Source of the DNA: Phyllobates terribilis | Lineage: Eukaryota | NCBI RefSeq assembly: GCF_046119375.1 | Contig: NW_027362769.1 | Coordinates: forward strand, 384,338,001-384,402,000 | Length of the DNA: 64,000 bases | Direction of reading: 5' to 3' | Part shown: positions 1 through 10,900 of the stretch, piece by piece | Layout: each line of letters opens with the position of its first letter | How positions within the stretch are numbered: the stretch's first letter is position 1 | Notes under the pieces: generated by a model | The model's database searches: none | Told to the model about the DNA's origin: nothing | The model's input: the letters and a program-made list of their open reading frames with translations, nothing else | Made by a program: the position numbers and the translations under genes

Positions 1-2
1 TT

Positions 3-1412
3 AAAGAGGTAGTTCAGGAAGTTTTGCAATACCGTGAAGACCCTGCCACCAAGAATGAGGTAGAAACTTTGAGAGCCACGTTGGCTGAAGAGCAGAAGAA
101 GCGCCTGGATCTTGAACGGGAAAGAATGGCCCAAGAGGACAAGATCAGACAGAAAGAACGAGAGCTCTCACAGGTGAGAGAGAAGGTGGTACAACAGGAA
201 GTGGTGAAATATGAAGAAGATCCGCTACTGAAATCTGAGGTTAATAGTTTATCAAAGAATATTGAAAGTGAGTTAAAGCAGAAGGATCAACTGCAAGATG
301 AGCTGCGGAAGTTACAGTGGAGGAAGTCTGAGCTAGAGCGTCAGCTGGAAGAACTGGAACGAGAGAGACAGGCTAGACGTGAGGCAGAGCTAGAAATTCA
401 GCGTCTTAAAATCCGGCTGAATGAGCTGGAACAAAGGGAGATCGAGACCAAAGAAAAAGTCACCTTGAAGCAAAAAGTCGTCTTACAACAAGACCCGCAA
501 CAAGAGAAGGAACATAATTTGCTGAAGCTTCAAGTTGAAGAAGAAAAACACAGGAGGCAAATTCTTGAGACCGAGCTGGACGCGCTAAGGAAGAAGCTTG
601 TAACCCTGGACAAGATGGACGTGAAGGAAAAGGTCATCTTCACAGAGAAAATTGAGGTAGAGAAGGATCCAGAGACTGAACTTGAAATAAAAAGGCTTAA
701 GACAGTGTTGGATGAAGAAGGAAAGCGCAGAGTGGAATTGGAATCTGATGTTGACCGTCTCCAATCTAAGTTGTCTGAGTTAGAGTTCAGCAACTCCAAA
801 TCCAACAAGGAGCTTGAATATCTGCGGGAAGAAGTACACAAGCTTCAGATGGATAAGCAAGGTCTTCAGCTGGAGGGCCGCCATCTGCAGTCCGAAATTG
901 AGATCACAATAAAGGAGGCTCAAGGTCTGAGAAGTTTAACTCAAGTGGACAGCGGCACCAATCTAGACTCTCGCTTATCCTCCCTGGAACAAGAACTTCA
1001 GGGGCTGAAGAAAATCTCTCGAGATAAAGACGCAGAAATCGAACAGCTTGAGAAACGTCTGGAAACCATGCAAATCAAAAGGGAACAGAGAGAGAACCAT
1101 CTACGCCGCTCCATCGTCGTCATTGACCCCGATACCGGCAGGGAGATGTCGCCGGAAGAAGCTCGTAAGCTGGGTCTCATCGACTGGAAGATGTTTGTCA
1201 ATTTACAGAGTCAAGAATGCGACTGGGAAGAAACCACCATAAAGGGGCCAAACGGCGACTCCTCAGTGATCCACGATAGGAAGTCGGGCAAGAAGTTTAA
1301 CATCGAAGACGCTTTGCGGAGCGGGCGTATCACCAAACGTCAGTACGAGAGTTACCTCAACAAAGAGATGCCCATCCAAGAATTTGCAGCCTTAGTTTCC
1401 GGGAAGAAGTAA
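3..1412 (+). CDS. PPL: Periplakin, terminal exon (end of the rod plus C-terminal linker domain); 5' part lies outside the window
   Basis: Frame open from position 3 to TAA at 1410-1412. Coiled-coil rod (EKVVQQEVVKYEEDP repeats) ends in RENHLRRSIVVIDPDTGREMSPEEA...QECDWEE...IHDRKSGKKFNIEDAL...QEFAALVSGKK, which matches the periplakin C-terminus. Tail-to-tail with UBN1, as in human. Confidence 0.96.
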   Translation, partial: KEVVQEVLQYREDPATKNEVETLRATLAEEQKKRLDLERERMAQEDKIRQKERELSQVREKVVQQEVVKYEEDPLLKSEVNSLSKNIESELKQKDQLQDELRKLQWRKSELERQLEELERERQARREAELEIQRLKIRLNELEQREIETKEKVTLKQKVVLQQDPQQEKEHNLLKLQVEEEKHRRQILETELDALRKKLVTLDKMDVKEKVIFTEKIEVEKDPETELEIKRLKTVLDEEGKRRVELESDVDRLQSKLSELEFSNSKSNKELEYLREEVHKLQMDKQGLQLEGRHLQSEIEITIKEAQGLRSLTQVDSGTNLDSRLSSLEQELQGLKKISRDKDAEIEQLEKRLETMQIKREQRENHLRRSIVVIDPDTGREMSPEEARKLGLIDWKMFVNLQSQECDWEETTIKGPNGDSSVIHDRKSGKKFNIEDALRSGRITKRQYESYLNKEMPIQEFAALVSGKK

Positions 1413-2116
1413 TCCTTCGGGCTGCCGAGGCGCCGCTCTCTGCGGGCCGTGACACAGACTTTAAACCAGATATCGCTGCCCTTTGGTCTGTTGCCTTCAT
1501 CAATAGCAGAACTTCTACACTTCTGTTATTCTTGGTTGACTCGTGTGCAGGAGATATGTTGTCGAGATAGTGCCATGACGTCCATAAAGCTCTCCAAAGT
1601 CGCAAGGTGTGGTTTGGGGGGTCTTACAAATCTCAAGAGCCAGGTAGTACTGGTCATGGAGGTCATTTTACAGAAGCCATAGACGCCAATTCACCAGCAA
1701 CTTTATGGAAGGTTCCCCAATGCCGCCTTGTCCAATGGCAACGTATTCTACCGCCGAAGCACTAATTGAAAGCATCTCTTAAAGGAACATGCACTGAAAA
1801 TTCGAAACTGTAGTATAAAGCCAAACCACAGAAGCGTTCTCCTTTTATGCCGTGAAAGAGCAAATAGAAATCTTCTATATATACGTTATATGTCATTTGG
1901 TATATGGTTTTAGATAGCAATTTTCATGCTCTGTCTTGTAACACATCTACCGTGGTGCCTTACTCCCCCCCTCCCCCGACACACAGATATAATAATAAAA
2001 AAAAAAAAAAAATAGGGTCCTCGGCCACAATCCGAATCCTGGTTTATGTATGTCTATTTCTATACTTCTGAGTGGGGGGAAAAAGGGAAAAATGTATTTT
2101 ATTTATGATAATGCTA

Positions 2117-2122
2117 AATAAA
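2117..2122 (+). terminator. Candidate PPL polyadenylation signal
   Basis: AATAAA followed by a G/T-rich downstream tract (gcggtggttttg...ttctcttgtccttttc). A second AATAAA at 1994-1999 is an alternative. Confidence 0.5.
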
Positions 2123-2227
2123 GATGCGGTGGTTTTGAACGCTTGGCTTCTCTTGTCCTTTTCTGATGGGATCTCAATCATTCAAAATTTACACAAAAAA
2201 AGACAAAAACTTTCAGAGAAAATTAGA

Positions 2228-2233
2228 TTTATT
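2228..2233 (-). terminator. Candidate UBN1 distal polyadenylation signal
   Basis: tttatt on + strand = AATAAA on -, at the end of a long AT-rich UTR-like stretch and followed on - by T-rich sequence. Confidence 0.45.
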
Positions 2234-3683
2234 ACATTTTTCCTTCCAGCACCAGCAGTTACATAGAAAACTCCCCCCACCCCACCAATCACATTTCTCA
2301 CGTCAAAAATCTCGTACTTACAGAAAACAAACAAAAAAAAAATTTCAGTCCTGAACAACTGACCCTGAGTGTTGAGGTTCCCAATTGTAAGCATACGTGT
2401 GTTTTGCAGCAGCAGTAAAGTACTACTTTCCAATGAAAAAAAACTTCTGATACATCTGAAGAACCGCTGAAATGACAAAGTTGGAAGCCCCCTTTAAATA
2501 ACCAGGGCAACTGACGGCTTTTTTTTTTGGACTGGAGTGTTCCTTTAAGTACTGCCGTTTCTCTGCAGGCGCTTTATTAAATTGCATGGCCGCCTCTGCC
2601 TCGCGATGACCGATTTTTGGGGGGTCAGTGCAGCTGTGGTTAGCGCCTTGTGTATGAAGAATAAAATACTATCGCCCCCTAGTGGTGGTGCATAATACAG
2701 CAGCCCAGATGCAATTCCCGTCTGTGCATTGTACCCTGGATCCTGACGTGCGGCCCTCGGTATCAATGTGTGGGCACGTGCATGTAGGCATCCTTAACTC
2801 CAGCATTTGATAATCCGGAAAGTCCCATAATCCGAACAGACTCTCAACCCTTACAGCATACGTCATTATTCCAGTCTGATAATCCAGAATCTCTTTACAA
2901 TCAAGACCCACTGCTGGCAGATTAAGAGAATTTTATATGTACATGGTACAAGAGGCAAAAAAAAAAAAAAAAATTGTGCATAGGATCATTTTTGTAACGT
3001 TTTGGTTTAGTATTCACACGGGCGTGCTGACTTTTTCCAGTCCAAGAAAAATAAATAAATCCCAAATTGAATGGAATGTGTCTCAAGAAACAAACATGGG
3101 AGAAAAAAAAAAAAGTGCAAATGTTCAATAAAGTAAGAATATCTGAGTACGGGGTGTGTAAACTTATGCCACACATTTCTTTGTATTGCTCCGAGGCATC
3201 TAAAGTGTTAAAAAAAAAAAGGGTCTACCGTTTTGTGCACACAGCTCACGACAGGTCTATGTGTTCCCATAGTAACAGACTACAGACAAACCAACCCAGT
3301 GTAGTCTGATCCTGCAATCGTGAGCAGCTCTACACTCTCGGCCTGCTGGAGCAATAAAAGAACGGTTGCAAAAGTCTACATACCCTTTAAGAAGCAGTTC
3401 CTGTAACTCGGTCCAGCTGCTGATGGATGAAATGTTGTAATAGAGAGGGAGACGCCAGGATGGTGCGGAGTCTTGTCTGATTGTGACGTCATCCTTCATC
3501 TTGACAGGCGTCTTTAGTAATCAGATTTCTTTACACCCAAAATTGCACTTATGTGGATTTTAAAGGGTTTTTCTGGAACGTCTATATTCAGAGATCATGT
3601 TAAATACCATTTATGGGGATCAGGGAGCTTAAATCCCTACCACAGACCGGCAGGCAATGACCCACTGATCATTTTTAAAGGGC

Positions 3684-4105
3684 TTAAAGGGTTATTCTCC
3701 ATCTTTATAGAGGGATATTGCTGGATAGAGCTTGTAAAAACAAGCACTTCTGCAATTTACTGCCAGTTAAAATTTGCAGCCGTTCTTGAGATATTAACAC
3801 TTTTCCTTTGTTTACAACTCGTTGCCTAGGAGACCGACCACCGCTGCCATCTAGCTTGTAAGCACTGAGATGGATTAGCAGGTAACAGCGATCCAGAACA
3901 GCTTCAAAACAGAGCCTACAAAAGAGCCTGTGAACATTCTGCACTTCCTGCTGTCCAGCAGCAGTGGTCGGTCTCCAAGGCGACCAGCCGTAAACAAACA
4001 AAAAACACGTTAATATCTCAAGAACGGCTGAAGATTTTAACAAGCAGTAAATTGCAAAAGTGCTTGTATTTACCAGCTATGACAAAATCCATCTATGAAG
4101 ATGAA
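3684..4105. mobile_element. Palindromic non-autonomous DNA element (TTAA-AGG terminus, Kolobok/T2-MITE-like)
   Basis: Starts ttaaagggtt. Arms pair: catctttatagagggat / atccatctatgaagatg, gccgttcttgagatattaac / gttaatatctcaagaacggc, ggagaccgaccaccgctgc / gcagtggtcggtctcc. Confidence 0.6.
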
Positions 4106-4961
4106 AAAAAAAAAAAAAAACACTTTAAAAAAAAAACATGGCGGCTTTCTTCCAGAAACATCGCCGCATCTGGCCATAGGCTGAGACACAGCCTGTAGAT
4201 CATGATCGGTTTCAGTCTCTATTCACTGACTGCAAGCAGATTATACAGCCATTGAGCTTAATTGTATATAAAACTGGACTTCCCCTTTAAGAAATTTCTG
4301 GATTTGCGGCTCAGACCCCCCTCGACCCCATAAAACTGCACTGCAGCGAGAAGCTCCAGCGGATTTTATCTAAAGCAAACAAAAAAAAAAAACACACTAT
4401 AAAGAGCTACAAAAAAGCACAAACCCACCAAACAGTGCCACCACACATGCCAAAGTGCCAACGTGACCGCAGCAGCAGAACCGTACAAACCTAGTGCAAG
4501 AGACCGAGCCCAGAAATGTCCCGGCGTCATTGGAGAAAGCAATGATTGACAGGTGGGCCCGGTGGAGTTCTGCCTCCTGCGCCAATTTAGGAAAATGCAA
4601 AAATCTCAAAATTTAGGGGAAAAAAAGTCATTTTTTATAAGTGCCTCTAGGGGGCGATGGTGTAAGTGCATAATAATCCACCAATCGCCGGCTCATGGAT
4701 TGTCACCACGTGGAAGACTGTGGTCTGTAATGCTCCTCCCAGGATCCTCCGAGAACGACGCCATTACTGCGCTGCCCCCAGGTGGAGGGGACGGGGATGA
4801 CATCCACTCACCTGTACATAACGCAACCCCTGCGAGGTCAGCGCTGAGTATACCGGCCGCTGACTATGGAGATGGACGCGCCAGGATATATATATCCTGT
4901 ATATTGTAAACAGTCATACATAGGAGGCAGCGGGGTCCGGGAAGGTGCTGCCTGAGGGTCC

Positions 4962-7900
4962 TCAGGGGTTACTGGGCCGGCTGGGTCTCATCTGGGAAGG
5001 CAGTGCTCCTTTGCTCTGAGCATGTGCACCATCTGCTGGACGGAGATAGAAATGCTTGTTAATAAAAACCAATGAAAATAATCATAAAATGTGTACGAGT
5101 AGAAAACCATGGCCGCCGTCTTCCATAAAAAGCACCACACCTGTCCACAAAGGTTATGTTCGGTATTACAGCCACTTATTCACCTCATTTAGCCGAGCTG
5201 CAATACCACACCCGACCAGTGGGTAGGTTGTGGCGCTGTTTGAGGTAGAAAGCGGCCATTTTTTTCATTTTCCTCCCCTTCTTCCAATAGTCATTACTTT
5301 CTTATTTCTCCATCCACGCAGGTGTAGGAGTACAGGCTGCTGCCGATATTTATGCTATGCAGCTGCCCAGGCATGCTGGGAGTTGTAGTTCTGCAACAGC
5401 TGGGGAGCCTCGATCTGATGCTGCTTAGTTATCTATGGGCAGGACTGCCACCCAGTGGTGACAAGTGGTATTACGTGTAAGGTCTCAGGTTTCTGTCCCT
5501 CCACCACCCTGCGGAGCAGCCCTCATCCCTGCAGAGGCTTGTGTGACCCGACTGTACCTGTCGGTGCCGGCTGCAGGTGTCCAGACAAGGATGGGCGGGG
5601 AATCGGCGTGGAATGATGGAGACCGCCGAGGATATCTAGACAGAGAAGGACCAGGGTGGGCACGTTGCACAATCTGTAACCACAAAGCTCCATATGGAAT
5701 AATGACAATGCCAGATGGCGGCACTTACTCCTCGGCAGTCCGTGGTTGAAGGTGCCTGGGGCCGGCCCGGTGACGATGGCGTCTTTCGACGCTCCGGCTT
5801 TTGGTGACTGTTCAGCGGTGAAGGACACGACGCGCAGGGGAAAGCTGTTCAGGGTGGACAGGACGCTCAGGGAGCCCGGGGCGGGCATCTTCCCTCCGTT
5901 CTGCTTGTAAGGTGGGGTCAGGATGGTCAGCGGAGGGGAGAACAGTCCGGGCCCAGTGCCCTTCTGTACCTGCGGGGGATACAAGCCATGTGCACATGGT
6001 CAGCAAATCACCCCCTCCCCCCACACCCTCCAACACACGGGCTGCCACCCAAACCCTCTCGAAACGCGGGCTGCCACCCCCGGCCTCGCTGTCCGCACCC
6101 TCCAATACACGGGCTGCCACCCCCGGCCTCACTGTCCGCACCCTCCAATACACGGGCTGCCACCCCCGGCCTCGCTGTCCGCACCCTCCAATACACGGGC
6201 TGCCACCCCCGGCCTCGCTGTCCACATCCTCCAATACACGGGCTGCCACCCCCGGCCTCTCTGTCCACACCCTCCAATACACGGGCTGCCACCCCTGGCC
6301 TCTCTGTCCGCACCCTCCAATACACGGGCTGCCACCCCCGGCCTCGCTGTCCGCACCCTCCAATACACGGGCTGCCACCCCCGGCCTCGCTGTCCACACC
6401 CTCCAATACACGGGCTGCCACCCCCGGCCTCGCTGTCCACACCCTCCAATACACGGGCTGCCACCCCCGGCCTCGCTGTCCACACTCTCCAATACACGGG
6501 CTGCCACCCCTGGCCTCGCTGTCCACACCCTCCAATACACGGGCTGCCACCCCCGGCCTCGCTGTCCACATCCTCCAATACACGGGCTGCCACCCCCGGC
6601 CTCTCTGTCCACATCCTCCAATACACGGGCTGCCACCCCCGGCCTCGCTGTCCGCACCCTCCAATACACGGGCTGCCACCCCCGGCCATCCTCTCCCCCC
6701 CCCCCGCACCCTACAACACACGAGCTGCCACCCAAACCCTCCCAACACGCGGGCTGCCACCCCCTCTTCCGGGCCACCCGCACCCTCCAACACACGGACG
6801 GCCACCGTCGGCCGCCCCCTCCCCCCGCACCCTCCTACACACAGGCTGCCACCCAAACCCTTCCCCCAACCACGTGGGCTATAACCCCCAAGACCCGGGC
6901 CTCCCCCTCCTACGCCCAGGCCACTTCCGCCCAAACCCAACACACACGCAGGCTGCCAACCCAGACGCCCTGGCCGCTTTCCCCCTCCCGGCACGCTGGC
7001 TGCCAACCCTCTGCGCCCAGACACCAGGGTCGCTTCCCTCTCCACCCCGACTGCTTCCTCCACACCCACTCACTCCCGACACCCAGACCATCCCTCTCCA
7101 CCTCAACACATGGGCTGTCAACCCCGAAGCCCGTGCCGTCTCTCTCCCAACTATAACACGCGGGCTACCACTTCCAGCACCCAGCCACCTCCCCCCACGT
7201 TAGAGGCAGGGGCTGGCTGTATAGCACTGCTGGCACCAGCTGCGTATGGAGGGCTCAGCGGCTCCGTACTCCCACCATGTATAAGTTGAAGACCCTGCAA
7301 TCTTGAAGGCAGGAGCGGGTAATAACCTCCTCTGCCTTCCTGCAGGGCTGTGCACGCATCGGCCGCTGGTCACACTTACGCTCACGTTCGATGCATTGCC
7401 TCCCACCATGGATGACGTTAGTAATTTAGCCACTCCTTGCGTCCCTCCTCCGCAGTCATGAGGAGCCATTAAGGTCAGCTTCTGGGGCGGGCGAGGGGAC
7501 ATCTTCATTGACATGGTGACGGGGTTATGGCTGGCGGGTGACGGGGCTTTGTTCAAAGTCACGGTGGCGGTGTGCAGCGGAGCGGGCGGCCGGTTCACAG
7601 CGCCCCTGTAGACCTGAGCTCCAGGGGGGCCGGGATTATTGGGGGGTTTGGACATGAATGCTGGAGACACTATGAGCTTGTGGCTGGTGCCAGCTGGAGA
7701 TGATGGAGGAGGAACGCCCTGGGGTTTGGGCGGTTTGGTCTGGGGGGCGAGAGGCTGCTGGGAGGGCGACGGTGCGAACACTTTGGCGCCACCGCTTTGG
7801 ATGGGGTGAGTGAAGCTGGCCTTGCTCGCTGGGTGGTTCACATGGTAGACATTGGGCGGCACAGACTGGTTTGCGGCTGGAGTCTTTGCAGGCCCAGTCT

Positions 7901-10900
7901 GGTGCTGGCCTTCAGGTGAGGGCTTCGGACTGGGCACGGACGGCACCGTCTTCTTCTCCGAGCCTGAAGTCATAAACTTCTTATAGAAAACCGGCCGCAC
8001 TGATTGGGCGGTGACAGGAGGGCACAGCTTCTTCTTCTCATCCGCCACCACCACCGCAATGGTGGCTTTCTCAGGCACAGAGGATTTTGAAGGGGCTGGA
8101 AACTCAAAGACGGGGCCGGCGGCTCGGCCGGAAAGGGCCGTCAGGTGCTCGGCGACTCCGTCCAGTGAGGGAGGGTTGTAGATCAGATCTCCATCCAGAG
8201 AGTTGTCCTGAGCGGATACGGGAGAGCCACCCGACGTAGACACCGCGGACAGAGGACTGTCCTTGGCTGCAGCGCTGACCGTACGGGCCGGAGGATCCGA
8301 GGAGGAGCTGGGGACAGACTCGTCTGGCTTCTTACACAAGTCCTATAGTGAGAAGATATCACAATGTGACCAGAGTACGATCGGACTGTCCGAACAGAAA
8401 AGGTGGGCTCATACATTCACCTTCCACACCGAGAAAGGGTCCCACGCCTCCGAAGTAACAGTGAGGTGGTCACATATGCACCTGAACTGAGCAGAGGTCA
8501 TAGAAGGTGTATGGGCCGCCATCACAGAGCTTCTGACTGGCCGGTAGGGACCACCCACTAACACCCAATGGGCCACACAGACATGAAACACTTATCTGCA
8601 TAGGGCCAGTACACCTTCAACAACCGGTCGGCTGAGTAGGAAAGATCGTGGTAGAACCTATACTGCCGGATCTCCCGCATAATTTACCAACCAGATCCCC
8701 GTTTACAGCAATCTACAATAAATAACTTTTTACCTTCGCTTTTGTTCTTGAGGGAATGAAGGTTTTATTCATTGCCCTTAAAAGAGATAAAAAGAAATAT
8801 TTCAATGTCCCATTAAATGCATAAAACACGGGCGCTTTACGGGCGGACGGTACATGGAGGTCCGTGCTGAAAAATCGTATACTCACATCAGCGAGCTGAG
8901 CTGCGGGTACAGACGTCGGCTCTCCTTGAAAAGCGTCCTGCAAATGAGACAGACGGCGTAAGAAAGGGCAACGGAGACATAAATCCCCCCGTGGACCCCA
9001 CATACCGGGCCTGCATCCATCCTCGGGGCCACAAGGGCTTCACCTCCTCGTCCAGGAAGCATTTTAGATAATCCTCCAGATTGGCCATGCCGCTAGTCTC
9101 CGGCTCGTACAGATCCACCTTCATCCGCACCAGCTGGCACAGGAGCTGCCTGCGGAGACAGAGGGGCCCGCGGACAATATGGCTGCTGCTCCTAGACCTA
9201 TAGGGCTGGGAAACCACTTAAGAACACAGGACTTTTTAATTTTTGTGCTTTCATTTTTTTTTCCTACTAGAGCTTTTTTTGTAGTTCTGAATGACATTAT
9301 TCACTTTACAATATGTATACATATATATTTATATTTTTTGGGTTATGTATTTAGCACCTGCAGAGCGGTGTGATTACGACGACACCAAACTTGTCATTTT
9401 TTTTATTTTAGTGGTTAAAAAAAAAAAAAATCCATCAAAATAAAAGATTTGTTTTTTGCCGCACTTTTCGGCAGTAATGTAACCTTTTTATGTTAGTTTT
9501 TTTTGTCATTGGAGCAGTATGAGGACTCGTTTTTATTGCGTGCTAAGCTGGGTATTTAACCCCTTAAGCCCCGCGGGTGGTTTGCACGTTAATGACCGGG
9601 CCAATTTTTACAATTCTGACCACTGTCACTTTATGAGGTAATTACTCTGGAACGCTTCAACGGATCCCCCTGATTCTGAGACTGTTTTTTCATGACATAT
9701 TGTACTTCATGATTGTGGTAAAACTTCTTCAATATGTTTTGAGTTTGTGAAAAAAACGGAAATTTGGCGAAAATTTTGAAAGTTTCGCAATTTTCAAAAT
9801 TAGAATGCCCTTAAATCAGAGCGATAGGTCACACAAAACACTTAATAAATAACATTTCCCACATGTCTACTTTACATCAGCACAATTTTGGAACCAAAAT
9901 TTTTTTTTGTTAGGGAGCTATAAGGGTTAAAAGTTGACCAACGATTTCTCATTTTTACAACAAAATTTACAAAACCATCTTTTTAGGGACCACATCACAT
10001 TTGAAGTCACTTTGAGAGGTCTGTATGACAGAAAATACCCAAAAGTGACACCATTCTAAAAACTGCACCCCTCAAGGTGCTCAAAACCACATTCAAGAAC
10101 TTTATTAACCCTTCAGGTGCTTCACAGGAATTTTTGGAATATGGAAGAAAAAAAATGAACATTTAACTTTCACAAAAATTTTACTTTAGACCCATTTTTT
10201 TTTAATTTTCGCAAGGGTATCAGGAAAAAAATGGACCCCAAAATTTGTTGTGCAATTTTCCCTGAGCACGCAGATACCCCATATGTGGGGAAAAACCACT
10301 GTTTGGGCGCACGGCAGGGTTCGGAAGGGAAGGAGCGCCATTAGACTTTTTGAATGTAAAATTTGCTTGAATGATTAGCGGACGCCATGTTGCGTTTGGA
10401 GAGCCCCTGATGTGCCTAAATAGTGGAAACCCCCCACAAGTGACACCATTTGGAAACTAGACCCCCCAAGGATTTTATCAAGGTGTATAGTGAACATTTT
10501 GAACCCAGAGGTACGACACAGAGTTTGATAACATTAGGTCATCATATTGAATAAGTTGTCATTAGTCTTGAGCGCAAGTGCTCGCTACTTGAGTTTGCAT
10601 CGGGTACTCAGGTATGCACCATGTACAGCGTGTGCTCGAGTGACATGCTCGACTCCCCACCCCGCATGTTTCATGGTTATTAGACACCCAAAAAAAACAT
10701 GCGGGGATCGCTCGTGCATAGCAAGCAATCCCAGCGAGGTTTTTTTGGCTGCGAAGCATATGGGGCAGAGACTCAAGAATGTCACTCGAGCACCCACTAT
10801 ACTAGGTGCATATCCGAGCCCCCGATGCAAACTCAAGTAGCGAGCACTTGCACTCAACAATTTTTTTTTTTTTTTTTTACACTTTTGAAAAATCCCCGAC

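Noticed and set aside
1449-1682. 77-aa ORF after the PPL stop
   Set aside because: Starts at GTG, has no recognisable similarity and lies in the 3' UTR; no supporting evidence.
5812-7203. Overlapping 186-426 aa Pro/Gly-rich ORFs on both strands
   Set aside because: Produced by a 43-bp minisatellite in a UBN1 intron.
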